Source of the DNA: Planctomycetota bacterium
Lineage (GTDB): Bacteria; Planctomycetota; J058; J103
NCBI GenBank assembly: GCA_026004615.1
Contig: BPJM01000001.1
Span: 443,482-507,481 of the forward strand
Direction of reading: 5' to 3'
DNA: 64,000 nucleotides
The notes under the pieces were generated by a model that searched no databases, had not been told where the DNA came from, and worked only from the letters and a program-made list of their open reading frames with translations. Below are positions 45,479 through 55,598 of the stretch, piece after piece (the stretch's first letter is position 1; each line of letters opens with the position of its first letter). Both the position numbers and the translations under genes were made by a program.

Positions 45479-47749
45479 TCAGCCCTGGGGCCAGCCCTCG
45501 AAGCGGAAGCGGGCCGGCGGGGCGGGCTCCAGCCGCAGCGTGAAGCCGCCGCGGCCGCGCGGCTCCTGCCAGCCGCGGCGCAGCTGCTCCAGCCCGAAGC
45601 ACGAGCCCTCGTCGACATACCGCACGCCGGCCTCGCGGTTGTCGTCGTGCACCCGCACCTCGATCCGATCCCAGGAGCGCCAGGCGAACTCCCCCGGTCC
45701 GAACAGCGGCTGCTCGAAGCTGGCCTCGTGGGTGTTGCGGCGCACCGGGGTGCTGCGCGGGCCGGCGCGCGCCGACTCCAGCCGCAGCACCAGATCGAAG
45801 GTGTCGAACAGCGAATCCAGCTCGGCGCTGGCCCAGGCGCGCTCGACATAGACCGCGTAGTAGCCCACCCGCTCCAGATCGCCGAGGTGCGCTGCCAGCG
45901 CCTCCAGCCGCGCGGCGTGCTCGGGTGCGAGCGGCTGGCGCGGCAGGGCGGCGACCAGCTCGCGCAGGGCTGCCAGGTGCGCGGGGCCGCTCGCGGCCGG
46001 CTGCCGCACCGTCTCCTCGTAGAGCGCCGGCAGCGCGGCCAGGAGCGCTGTGGCCGCGCTGCCGTCGAGCTGCGCCGCCAGCTCGGGCGCGAGCGCCCCG
46101 AGCTCGCCGCCGGCGAGCGCCGCGCCGAGCAGCGCCGGGGCGAGCGCCCTGCCGGCCCGCGCCCGGAAGCGCTCGGGCGGCGGCTCGGGCGCGCGCGCGA
46201 GCGCCTGGAGCAACACCGCCGGCCGCGCGGCGGGCTCGGCTGCCTGGAGCTCCGCCGCCACCAGCTCCCAGGCCCGCTCCCACAGCCGGGCCTTGGCTTC
46301 GGTGAACGCCTCGGGGGCGAGCCCGCCGTGCTCGCGTTCCAGATCGAGCACCGGCGTGAACAGCTCGGGGTAGCCCGGCGGGGCCTCGGCGCCGGGCGGC
46401 GCGCTCGTGGCGGCGCGCTCGGCCGCGGCGAGCAGCCCTGCCACCACCCCCTCGACCCGCGGTCGCACCACCTGCTCGCGCAGCACCGGATCGGCGCAGC
46501 TCTGCAACAGCTCCTTCCACGCGGCGAGGGTGGCGGGCGCGGCCGGCGGCATCTCGGCGATGCGCGCCTTTTCGTGCAGCCGCGCGATCAGCGCCCGGCG
46601 CGCCGCACTCACCGCGGCTGGCTCGCGCTGCCGGGCGGGGGTGTCCGGGCCGGCGAGCACCCGCTCGGCGAGCAGCAGCCACTCCGCGGCGGTGCGGTAC
46701 TGCGCCGGCCGCAGCTCGACCGCGGCATGAGGCTCCGCCACCGCCGGGTGCGAGCGCAGCGCCGCATCGAGCTGCTGGGCGTGGGCCCACAGCGCCGCGC
46801 GCGCCCCCTCGAGCCCGAGCAGCGCTCCCAGCAGCGGCAGTCCGGGCAGCCGCTCCCAGCGCTCGATGCGCGCGAGTGCCCGCGCCACCAGCCGGCCCTG
46901 CTCGGCCGCCCCCAGCTGCGCCGGCGCGGCGCGCACCTGGAAGAGCTCCCAGGCCGCCCAGCCCACGAGCAGCGCCGCGGCGAGCAGCAGCAGCGCCAGC
47001 GCCTGCACGAGCCGGCGCGCCCAGCGGCGGGGTGGCGGCGCGGTCACGCGCCCGAACAGCCACTGGCCGGCCGCGCGCCACTGCTCGGGCTGCCCGGCGG
47101 CTGGCGCCCACACCGAGACCCGCAGGCGGCGGGTCGGCACCAGGTGCAACAGCGCCCGGACCGCGGGCCAGCGCCCGGGCTCGGCGCGCCGCTCGGCCGG
47201 CAGCCGCTCGGCGCCGTGGGCCACCACCGCGACCATGAGCGGCCCGGCGCTGAGCGGGCGCAGCGCGACGAAGGCGCGCAGCACCGCCGCGGTGCGGTCC
47301 AGCTCGGTGCGCGAGACCCCATCGGGTGCCGACCACCGCTCGGCGTCGAGCACGAGCACCAGCCCCGCCACCTCGCGCGCGTGCGAGCGGAACGGGTGCA
47401 GCGGATCGGTGAGCCCGGAGTCGTTCTCGAACAGCGCCGCCGGGGTGTCGTGCCATTCCACCAGCGCGCTCCCATCGCTGCTCTCGACCAGCAGCGCCTC
47501 GCCCTCGGGGGCCGGCGGGCCCTGGCCGCGCAGCAGGTGGTCCAGCACCTGGCGGGTGGTGCGGCCGCCGGGCGGGGCGCTGGGGTCCTCGCGGAACAGC
47601 CCGCGCAGCTTCAGCTCTTCTTCCAGCGGCAGCAGCCGCGCCGCCGGGGCGGGACCCTCGAGCAGCGCCTCGAGCAGCCATCCCAGCACCAGGCCGCGCC
47701 CGTGCTCGGGCAGCCCCAGCGCGATGACGCGCGCGCGCCGGCGCTTCAT
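45479..47749 (-). CDS. Hypothetical membrane-anchored protein, 756 aa, last gene of the Mla-like operon
   Basis: Internal ATG (47749) of ORF 45479..49318: MKRRRARVIALGLPEHG... It has one TM segment (LVQALALLLLAAALLVGWAAW), a long Ala/Leu-rich helical region and a distinct C-terminal domain (GYYAVYVERAWASAELDSLFDTFDLVLRLE...). Confidence 0.6.
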   Translation of the reverse strand: MKRRRARVIALGLPEHGRGLVLGWLLEALLEGPAPAARLLPLEEELKLRGLFREDPSAPPGGRTTRQVLDHLLRGQGPPAPEGEALLVESSDGSALVEWHDTPAALFENDSGLTDPLHPFRSHAREVAGLVLVLDAERWSAPDGVSRTELDRTAAVLRAFVALRPLSAGPLMVAVVAHGAERLPAERRAEPGRWPAVRALLHLVPTRRLRVSVWAPAAGQPEQWRAAGQWLFGRVTAPPPRRWARRLVQALALLLLAAALLVGWAAWELFQVRAAPAQLGAAEQGRLVARALARIERWERLPGLPLLGALLGLEGARAALWAHAQQLDAALRSHPAVAEPHAAVELRPAQYRTAAEWLLLAERVLAGPDTPARQREPAAVSAARRALIARLHEKARIAEMPPAAPATLAAWKELLQSCADPVLREQVVRPRVEGVVAGLLAAAERAATSAPPGAEAPPGYPELFTPVLDLEREHGGLAPEAFTEAKARLWERAWELVAAELQAAEPAARPAVLLQALARAPEPPPERFRARAGRALAPALLGAALAGGELGALAPELAAQLDGSAATALLAALPALYEETVRQPAASGPAHLAALRELVAALPRQPLAPEHAARLEALAAHLGDLERVGYYAVYVERAWASAELDSLFDTFDLVLRLESARAGPRSTPVRRNTHEASFEQPLFGPGEFAWRSWDRIEVRVHDDNREAGVRYVDEGSCFGLEQLRRGWQEPRGRGGFTLRLEPAPPARFRFEGWPQG

Positions 47750-47907
47750 GCGGCGGCTCCCGCGCCGGCCCCGCGCCGCGCCCCCGCCGCAGACAGAGCC
47801 TGGCGAGCGGGCCGCCCGCTCCGGGCGCCGCGGCCGCAGCGCCAGGAGCGCAGGCGCGGGCTCCGGGCCGGCGGCGGCAGAGCCGGATGGCCGGGCCGGC
47901 GCATGCG

Positions 47908-49614
47908 CTACCTCCGCACCTCGAGCAGCAGCACCAGGAAGAACACCGTGATCACGGCCAGGATGCCCTGCATGATCGCGCGCGTGATGGCGCGGTTCAC
48001 GTCGCGGGCGCTCGCCTTGGGGCGCGTCCCCTCGCGCCAGGCGAGCAGCGCGCAGAGCAGGCCCGCCGGCACCAGCTTGGCGAGCAACCAGCCGGTGCCG
48101 TGGTACGGCAGGTCGAGCCAGTGCTCGCCGAGCCCGCCCACGTAGCTCGCGGTGAAGGTATACCAGGTCACCAGCGGCCGCGTCATCAGCACCACCACCA
48201 GCGAGGCGAAGCTGGCGGCGGCGAAGCAGATCGCGGCGTGCAGCGGCATCCCGATCATGAAGCTCAACGCCACCTTGTCGCCCAGCAGCGCCCAGGGCGG
48301 CATGCCGAGCACCCGCAGCGCGTCCAGCTGCGAGGAGCGCTCCATGTGGCTCAGATGCCCGGCGATCGCGGCGCCCGAGCGCGCCGTCAGGCAGATGGCG
48401 GCGAGCAGCGGCGCCAGGATCTGGTACAGCGCCAGCCCCAGGCCCTGGATGATCTCCTCGATGAAGATCGGCTCGGCCTGCGCCTGCAGTTGCTCGGGAA
48501 CCGAGTTGAGGCTGAAATACGAGACCACCAGGCCGATCGCCACTCCGGCGAGCGCGGTGAACGGCACCGCGTCGATCACCAGCAGGCGGGCCAGCGAGCC
48601 GGCGAAGCGGCGGTGCCAGCGCAGGCTGCGGGCATACAGCCGCGGGGTGCTGCGGAGCAGGTCCCACAGCCGGCCGGGGGCGGAGCGGAAGCGGTACCAC
48701 TCGGCGCGCTGGCGCAGCGCGCGCACCTGCGCGCGGCTGAGCGGGCGCGGCCGCGGCGGCTCCCACTGCTGGAGCGCGCGCTTGAGTTCGGCCCCGAGCC
48801 GCTCGCGCTCCTGTTCGTTGCGGATCGGATAGACGGTGAAGCCGCGCGCCGGGTGGATCAGCACCACCCGGTCGGCGACGCCGAGCAGGTTGGTGTAGTC
48901 GTGGGTGACGACCAGGCTCAGCCCCGGGCGCAGCGCCGGGGGGGTGTCGTGCTGCGTCTGCCGGATGAGCGCCGCGACGCGGCCTGCCGCATCGGGATCG
49001 AGGCCCGAGGTGGGCTCGTCGTAGATCAGGATCTCCGGCCGCAGCGCCAGCATGCGCAGCAGCGCGGTGCGCTGGCGCTGCCCGCCGCTGAGCACCTCGA
49101 TGGGCGAGCGGAGCTGGCGCTCCAGCTTGAGCCGGCGCGCCTGGGCGTGCAGCTGCTCGGCGAACACCGCCGGCGGCAGCGGCTCGGCGGCCAGCGTGCC
49201 GCCGAAGCGGATGTTGTCCTCGACCGACAGCTCGTCGAACAGCGCGTGCTCCTGGAACAGATACCCGATGGCCCCGCGCAGCCGCGCCGGATAGCGGCTG
49301 GTGCCCAGCACCTCGCACTGCTCGCCGCTGCGCAGATGGACCCGCATGTGGGAGGTGGGCGCGATCGACAGCGCCGGGCTGCCCGGGCCGAGCAGTCCCA
49401 CCAGCAGCTTGGTGAACAGCGTCTTGCCGCTGCCCGAGGGGCCGACCAGCAACACCACCTCGCCGGCGGGAAGCGCGAGCTCGGCGTCGCGGAAGACCGT
49501 GCGCAGCGTTCGCTCCTGCAGCGACTCCACCGTCAGCCCGCTCACCTCCAGCACCAGGCGGGTCGGCTCGGTGCTCTGCGCCGGCTGCTCGGTGCGGGCG
49601 GCGGGCGCGCTCAT
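47908..49614 (-). CDS. Fused ABC transporter ATPase + MlaE-type permease (MlaF-MlaE fusion), 568 aa
   Basis: Internal ATG (49614) of ORF 47908..50142: LLVGPSGSGKTL (Walker A), LSGGQRQRTALLRML (signature), ILIYDEPTSGLD (Walker B), VVTHD. This is followed by permease-like TM segments (...ARSGAAIAGHLSHMERSSQLDALRVLGMPP... is an MlaE hallmark). The ATG overlaps the upstream TGA. Confidence 0.8.
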   Translation of the reverse strand: MSAPAARTEQPAQSTEPTRLVLEVSGLTVESLQERTLRTVFRDAELALPAGEVVLLVGPSGSGKTLFTKLLVGLLGPGSPALSIAPTSHMRVHLRSGEQCEVLGTSRYPARLRGAIGYLFQEHALFDELSVEDNIRFGGTLAAEPLPPAVFAEQLHAQARRLKLERQLRSPIEVLSGGQRQRTALLRMLALRPEILIYDEPTSGLDPDAAGRVAALIRQTQHDTPPALRPGLSLVVTHDYTNLLGVADRVVLIHPARGFTVYPIRNEQERERLGAELKRALQQWEPPRPRPLSRAQVRALRQRAEWYRFRSAPGRLWDLLRSTPRLYARSLRWHRRFAGSLARLLVIDAVPFTALAGVAIGLVVSYFSLNSVPEQLQAQAEPIFIEEIIQGLGLALYQILAPLLAAICLTARSGAAIAGHLSHMERSSQLDALRVLGMPPWALLGDKVALSFMIGMPLHAAICFAAASFASLVVVLMTRPLVTWYTFTASYVGGLGEHWLDLPYHGTGWLLAKLVPAGLLCALLAWREGTRPKASARDVNRAITRAIMQGILAVITVFFLVLLLEVRR

Positions 49615-51068
49615 CGGCGGCGGGCCTCGAAGCGCTGGCCGGCGGAGACGGGGCTGCCGCTGCCCGGCTGCTCCAGCACCAGCAGCGGCTGGGTGCGGCC
49701 GAGCAGGCGCGCGCGCAGGAACGCCACCACCAGCGGGTTGGGGCCGGTGCCGGTCTCGTCCAGGGCGACCTCGCGCAACAGCGCGATCAGCAGCTCCAGC
49801 GCGCTGTCGGCCGCCCGCCGCAGCCGCTGCTGCAGCTCGGCGTCGCTGCCGAGCGCGCCGGCCAGCCGCTGCACGCGCTCCCAGGCCTCGGGGCCGTGGC
49901 GCGCGACGATCTCGGCCTGAAGCTGCCGGTCGCCCGCCAGCCGCGCCCCCGCGGCGAGCAGCCGCTGCTCCAGCCGGAGCTCCTCGGTCAGCTCGACCGC
50001 GAACTGGCTGAAGCCGGCGCCGAGCTCCGCCTTGTGCCGGGGAAAGGCAGCCTTGAGGTTCCTGCCGGCCTCGGCCAGCGCCGCCTGCTCGAACGCGAGC
50101 GGATCGGGCGCCACCAGGGCGAGCACCTGCTCGCGCAGCCACGCCCCGACCCCGCGCTGGTCCTCCTCGCCGGGCTCGGCACCGCCGGGCGGCGGCACCC
50201 CGGGCTCCAGCGGCCCGGGCTCGACATAGCCCAGCGCGCGGCGCACCCGCGCCGCATAGCCCCCGCGCATCCCGGCCCAGAGCGTGCGGAGCAGGCCGGC
50301 CTCCGCCAGGAACCGCCCGGTCGCATCGCCAGCGGGCGAGTCCAGGTAGTCCTCGACCACCCGATCCCAGTCGATCTGGTCGAGCAGCTCCGCCTGCAGG
50401 CTGGTGCCGATCGCCGCCCGCAGCGCCGGATCGGCCAACAGCCGCCGCCCCAGCTCATCCGCGCCCAGGTGCTCGGCTGCCAGCTCGCGCACGCGCGCCA
50501 GCGCCGCTTCCAGGTCGCGCTCGTGCGCCCGGTACCACTCCGCCAGGCGGCGGGCGGCGGCGGCGCGCCGCTCGGCGGTGAAGTGGGTGGCGAAGATCTC
50601 CAGCAGGTCCGGCGTGCTGAGGCGGAGCGCGATCCGCGCGTCGTCGCGCACCAGCTCCGCGGTCTCGGGGAACAGGCTGACCCGCACGACCTGATCGGCC
50701 GCCAGCGGGCGGGGCGCCCGGGGCTCCAGCGCCTCGACCACCCCGAGCACCCGCAGCTCGGGCCGGAGCAGGACGAAGGGCGTGCCCACCGGCGGCGGGG
50801 GGGCGTCGGTCAGCACCAGGATGTGCGGGTTGGCATGCAGCGGCGCCGGCAGCCGCGCCCTGAGCCGCGCGAGCGGCTCGCGGCCGAGCACAAGCGCCAC
50901 CAGCCCCAGCGCCACCAGTCCGATCCGCCAGCGCCAGGTGAACAGCCGGAAGCCCACCTCCTCCAGCGACACGCTCCGGGCGCCTCCCGACGGGCCTTGT
51001 CGCTCCTCATCTTGCACAGCGGCCGGTCCGCGACAAGCCGGGCGGGCCCCCGCACGGGCTTCACCCAC
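49611..51068 (-). CDS. Membrane-anchored protein with possible MlaD/MCE-like N-domain and long helical C-region
   Basis: ORF 49611..51068. It has a TM segment (WRIGLVALGLVALVLG) and then VGTPFVLLRPELRVLGVVEALEP...VVRVSLFPETAELVRDDARIALRLS (MCE-like, tentative). The true start is probably downstream of 51068. Confidence 0.55.
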   Translation of the reverse strand: MGEARAGARPACRGPAAVQDEERQGPSGGARSVSLEEVGFRLFTWRWRIGLVALGLVALVLGREPLARLRARLPAPLHANPHILVLTDAPPPPVGTPFVLLRPELRVLGVVEALEPRAPRPLAADQVVRVSLFPETAELVRDDARIALRLSTPDLLEIFATHFTAERRAAAARRLAEWYRAHERDLEAALARVRELAAEHLGADELGRRLLADPALRAAIGTSLQAELLDQIDWDRVVEDYLDSPAGDATGRFLAEAGLLRTLWAGMRGGYAARVRRALGYVEPGPLEPGVPPPGGAEPGEEDQRGVGAWLREQVLALVAPDPLAFEQAALAEAGRNLKAAFPRHKAELGAGFSQFAVELTEELRLEQRLLAAGARLAGDRQLQAEIVARHGPEAWERVQRLAGALGSDAELQQRLRRAADSALELLIALLREVALDETGTGPNPLVVAFLRARLLGRTQPLLVLEQPGSGSPVSAGQRFEARRR

Positions 51069-51194
51069 GGGGCCTGGAGCGGCCGGACAGCGCGCGCAGA
51101 GCCGGGCACTGCCGGCGCCGTGTCCACCGTCTTGCGTGCAGTGGATGCAGAGCGGCCGGCGCGCGCCCCGCTGGTCCCGGCCGCGGATGCCGGC

Positions 51195-52001
51195 TCAGAA
51201 CCCGACCGCGACGCCCAGCGCCACCTCGTCGTACGGGCGCACGGTGCGCCCCCCGCCACCGCGGTCGGTCCACGGCAGCCGCAGGCGGTCGATCGCCTCC
51301 AGGCGGACCGCTCCGATCCGATAGCTCACGCCCGCGATGCCGAGCAGATGGAATGCGCTGGTGTGCTCTCCGGTGAGATCGAACCGGCTCATGCCCGCGC
51401 CTGCTCCCGCGAGCAGTTCCAGCTCGGTGGCCAGCGGCAGCTGTAGCCGCGCGCACAGCGAACCCTCCACCGCCCAGAGGGTCGCGGTGCGCCGCCGCCA
51501 CGACTCCCCGGCGAGCGGCTCCTGCGCATCGTGCCGGATGGGCAGGCGAACCTCGGCCTGCGTCTGGGTCCAGCTCCAGCCGACACACCCAGCCCAGCCT
51601 CCGCCCAGCGGCAGCTGCATTTCCAGGTGCATGCCCGGCGCGTCCTGCATGCGCAGCGCGCGGTCGAATACCCACCAGCCGGCGGCGGCGCCCAACACCA
51701 GAGCATGGCCCGCTGGCTCCTCGCTCGCAGCCCGTCGCTCGCGCACGCGGAACGAACCGCGGAGCGAACTCCGCGCTGGCAACGGCGGTTGCACGGTGTG
51801 CCGGTCGGGCGGCGCGGTGGGCCCCGGCATCTCCGAAGCCGGATTCGCCGCCGGGCGCCATGGGGCCGCGGGCACGCCGGCACAGCCGATACAGAGCGCG
51901 CAGGCCGCCAGCACGCCGGCAAGCACGAGGCTCGCCACCGCGGGGCGTCTTCCCTCCCGCCGGACCATCGCCGCTGCCCGAGCTTGACGGTCGAGCGGCA
52001 T
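51195..52001 (-). CDS. Putative outer-membrane beta-barrel lipoprotein, 268 aa
   Basis: Internal ATG (52001, or 51968) of ORF 51195..52475. It has a lipobox-like LAACALCIGCAG, alternating beta-strand pattern and a C-terminal ...ALGVAVGF ending in Phe. Confidence 0.55.
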   Translation of the reverse strand: MPLDRQARAAAMVRREGRRPAVASLVLAGVLAACALCIGCAGVPAAPWRPAANPASEMPGPTAPPDRHTVQPPLPARSSLRGSFRVRERRAASEEPAGHALVLGAAAGWWVFDRALRMQDAPGMHLEMQLPLGGGWAGCVGWSWTQTQAEVRLPIRHDAQEPLAGESWRRRTATLWAVEGSLCARLQLPLATELELLAGAGAGMSRFDLTGEHTSAFHLLGIAGVSYRIGAVRLEAIDRLRLPWTDRGGGGRTVRPYDEVALGVAVGF

Positions 52002-52130
52002 GCGAGTATGGCTGGATTTCAGGTGATCTCCCGTGCTCGGCAGCAGAGCACAGGCTCCTGCGGGCGCCCGAGGGAGTTGCGCCCGGCCGCGCCGTTCGAG
52101 TGCTGGCAGCGATCTCGACAGGAGGAGGGC

Positions 52131-52580
52131 ATGAAGACGACCGCGGTGATCTCGATGGGCTGTGGGTTGGCGCTGGCTCTGTTCGCCTTGGCTGCCGGTC
52201 GCGACGGAGCTGCCGAGGAGAACGCCGCCAACAAGCCGTTCGACCCTGCCGACGTGGTGGCGCTGGCTGTGTACAGCGGCGATCCGGACAAGGGCTACCA
52301 GGATATCCGAGGACTGAAGGCAGAGCAGGTGCGTTTCGAGGTCACCGACGCGGCCGCCATCGCCGCGGCACTCGCCGCCATCGATCTGGAGCATCCGCTT
52401 CACGCCAAGCTCGCCATGCTGCCCCATGCGGTGGTGTTTCTCAAGTTCAAGGACGGCGCGGTGCGCAAGGCCCACCTGCTGGATGACTACCGCTACTTCG
52501 ACCTGGTGGGAGACCCATTTTACACCTACCGGGTCCGGTCCCGGGAGCCCCTGGCGAAACTCGCGCGCACGCTCCCCTAA
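52131..52580 (+). CDS. Secreted hypothetical protein, 149 aa
   Basis: ATG at 52131 (GGAGGAGG upstream) within ORF 51531..52580. Signal peptide: MKTTAVISMGCGLALALFALAAG. Confidence 0.6.
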   Translation: MKTTAVISMGCGLALALFALAAGRDGAAEENAANKPFDPADVVALAVYSGDPDKGYQDIRGLKAEQVRFEVTDAAAIAAALAAIDLEHPLHAKLAMLPHAVVFLKFKDGAVRKAHLLDDYRYFDLVGDPFYTYRVRSREPLAKLARTLP

Positions 52581-52618
52581 GCGCGGGCTGCGGACTTCCG
52601 TTCGGCAAGAATCGTCTG

Positions 52619-53026
52619 GTGTCTGCGGTGGACATGCGCTCCCGGCTGCTGCAGGTCACGCTCGCGCTCTGTGCCGCTTGGCTCCAGTACGCCTGCGCCG
52701 GCACCGAGCCCGCGCCGGAGCTGGCGGGCCGCTACGTGGCGTCCGATCCCGCGCTGGTGGCGTTGGGCCACCCCGGCGAGGCGGAACTGGTGTTCCTGCA
52801 GGACGGTCGCTTCGAGCTGTGGGCGGTGCCCGATGAATACCCGCTCTCCAGCCAGGAGCGCCTGGTGCGTGCGGTGCACGGGCGCTACGCGGTCTCGGCG
52901 GCAAGGCTCACGCTCTGGTTCGACGGCAGCGAGCGCCAGTTCCGATTCCGCCTCGCGGCCGGCCGGCTGACGCTGGTGGATGAACGGGCCGGGACCCGCA
53001 TGGAGTTTCGGAGGAGAGAGCCATGA
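52619..53026 (+). CDS. Putative lipoprotein, 135 aa
   Basis: ORF 52619..53026 with signal/lipobox LLQVTLALCAAWLQYACAG. Confidence 0.5.
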   Translation: MSAVDMRSRLLQVTLALCAAWLQYACAGTEPAPELAGRYVASDPALVALGHPGEAELVFLQDGRFELWAVPDEYPLSSQERLVRAVHGRYAVSAARLTLWFDGSERQFRFRLAAGRLTLVDERAGTRMEFRRREP

Positions 53027-54614
53027 CGCCCACGAGCGCCTCACGGCTGGCCTGGGTGGTCGCCGTCCTGTCCGTTGCGCTCGCTCCGGCAACGGCGTTC
53101 GCCCAGCAGCAGAATCCGGTGGACGTGCACGTCGCTTCCTCGCAAAACGGCGCCGTCGACCATCTGGCGGGCAAATATGGTGCACCGCGGGTGCGCAACG
53201 TGCGCGATCTGGTCGACACGGTGCTGCGCCGGCTGCGGCCTGGGGACTGCATCCGGTCGCTGACGATCCACGGCCACGGCGCTCCGGGCATGATCGAGAT
53301 CGGGGGGCAGGTCCTGAGCAGCACCAACGTCGGTACCTTCGCCGCCGAGCTGCGCAGGCTGCGCGGCCGCTTCTGTCCCGGCGCGACGGTGACCCTGAAC
53401 GGTTGCCAGGTCGGGGCACGCGCCGCAGGGGCCCGTCTGCTCAAGGAGCTGGCCGACATCTGGGGGTATCGGTGCGGGCCCCGACCGGGCTCAAGTGGGT
53501 TCGCAAGTGGTTGCTCTGCCTGTACACCGAGGTCTGGTACGACCGCGGTACGCGCTGGCAGACCGCACGGCCCGGCCAGCCCGCTCCGGCGCCGATCGAG
53601 CCGCCCGGCGCCGACGACGAACAAGCCAAGAAGAAAAAGGACAAGAAGAAGGGCGCCCTGGTGGCTTCGTTTGTGATCCCGGCTCGCGCCGAGGATACCA
53701 TCCGCATCAGCCCCAGGGCGGGTGCTCTGACGGCGGCGTATGTGGTCAAAGAAGACGGGAGCACGAGCGAGCTCGCCCGCGACGAGCAGGGCGACTGGGT
53801 GCTGCCGGCGGCGAGCGGCGCGGCTGGTCTGCTGCTCGGCGGCGGCGGCGGCTACGTGGCAGCCCTGCTGACGGGTCGCGGCAGCGACGCCCCGGCCCCA
53901 GGTACTCCTCGCGAGGTGCCCTTCACCGCGACCGAGCAGCGCGGGTGGCAGCCCCAGCTCACCGTGGCGCGCCGGCTCGCAGCAGGCGAGCAGCTCGATG
54001 ACACGCGGGTGCTCCTGCACAGCCCGGCGACGGGGCAGGTGCTGCAGGGCGAGCCGGTGGCGGTGGTCCAGGGCTCCGACGGCGCGCGGTCAGCTCACTA
54101 CCTCTTGCCCGCGGTCGAGGATCCGCAGCTGCTGGCCGATCCGGACAAGCGGCTCGTCTTCGAGCGGGTCCACCGCGATCCGCAGACGGGTGCCCCGAGC
54201 GCGCAGACGCTGGAGAGCGCGCCCGTGCGCACGCCGGCGGCGACCGCCCTGATGCTCGGCAAGCCGGAGGCCGAACCCGCCGAACCCAATCCGGTGCTGC
54301 TGACGCTTGCGGACGCGCGGCCCGGTGACGCGATCATCCTGGAGCGGGTCCAGGTCGCCAACGGGACGTTCCAGCCGGCCGAGGGATTCGTCGCAGCGGG
54401 ACCGGCTCGCTGGCGGGGCACGGTGCCAGCAGGCGGCGCTCCGGTCCAGGTCGGTTCGGTGGTGGGGGCACAGGGAGTGGTGACGATCCGCATGGACGTC
54501 ACCGTCTCCAGCGGCGAGACCCTGGAGCCGCTCGCCAGCGCGCCCGACACGCCGTCGCTGGAGCAGCGCCAGGCGGCGCTGGAGCGCGCCGCCGAGCGGC
54601 TGGGGGGGCGGTAG
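53023..54614 (+). CDS. Secreted protein with DUF4347-like N-domain; one frameshift in a G5 run at about 53461-53470
   Basis: ORF 53023..53676 has a signal peptide and IRSLTIHGHGAPGMIEIGGQVL...VTLNGCQVG (DUF4347-like, from memory). After LADIWG the reading continues in ORF 52980..54614 (VSVRAPTGLKW... to the stop at 54614). Confidence 0.55.
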
Positions 54615-55110
54615 GCGGCCGGAGTGCGGCGGCTCGGCTGTTGGACCGCGAGGCGCGCCCGGCCAGGGCAGGACGGGCCCCGGGGGGCCGGGCCGCGGGC
54701 CTGGCACGCCCTCGGCGGCGCTTCCCCGAGCCTCGCCCGGCGCTGCTCGGCGTTGCCCGTGAGCGCCGTGCGGCACCCCTGCACCGGCCGCGCAGCAGCG
54801 CCGCCACAGCCGACCCCAGCAGCGCGATCCGCCGGCGGCGGCTCGCCGCTCGGACTCCGAGCTGCTGCCGCGCGGAGCGCCGGGCGCCTGCGGACGGGCG
54901 TGCTCGCCCCGCATCCCGGCAGCCCCGCCGCCGCCGCCCGGGGACCCGCATGGCCGCGGCCGCAGGCGCCCGGGTGCACGGGGCAAGGCGCAGCGCGACC
55001 GGGCGCGGGCAGGGGAATTGCGACCAGGACGGCGGCTATGCAACCATGGGAGCCGGTTCGGTCGTGGCGAGTAGCGGCGCGGCGGCTGGTAGCGCGGCGG
55101 GGAGGAGAGC

Positions 55111-55536
55111 ATGAACACGCCCCTGGGCAGCTTGGAGGTAGGACCGGAAGCGGTGCAGAGCACGACCACGACCGTCCGGCTGCCGGGCGGCGAGCCCGAG
55201 CATGCGCTCGTGCTGGTGATCAAGAAGCTGGCGAGCGACGATCTCGATGCCGGCCGAGCGTACGAGCTGGAGAAGGAGGGCGTGCGGGCCGGCTTCGGAG
55301 ACAACTTCCGCGAGGAAGGAGAGGGCAGGGTGCAGTTTCTGAACGGCCAGCGGCCGTGCTGGCGCTACTCCTTCCAGGTGGGCGAGCACCGCGTCACCCA
55401 GGTCCTGGCCGTAGCCGCCTGTCCGTATGGGCTCTACAGCGTCACCGCGAGCGCGTTGAGCGAGCGGTTCGACGAGCAGTGGCCGCGGCTGGAGCAGGCG
55501 ATCGCCTCGTTCCAGCCCAGCTTCCAGCCGCACTGA
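55111..55536 (+). CDS. Hypothetical protein, 141 aa
   Basis: ORF 55111..55536 with GGGAGGAG upstream. No family confidently recognised. Confidence 0.55.
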   Translation: MNTPLGSLEVGPEAVQSTTTTVRLPGGEPEHALVLVIKKLASDDLDAGRAYELEKEGVRAGFGDNFREEGEGRVQFLNGQRPCWRYSFQVGEHRVTQVLAVAACPYGLYSVTASALSERFDEQWPRLEQAIASFQPSFQPH

Positions 55537-55598
55537 GACGGAGGGCGGACCATGGGCGTGGGCGGGATCGGAGCGGGAGCGGTCGGGGGGCCGGCCGC

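Noticed and set aside
45479-49318. ORF 45479..49318 (-, 1279 aa), and ORF 56766..58901 (-, 711 aa), as single genes
   Set aside because: In both, only the 3' portion (from ATG 47749 and 57650 respectively) is coding-like. The 5' parts overlap better-supported genes in other frames (MlaFE fusion, PHP).
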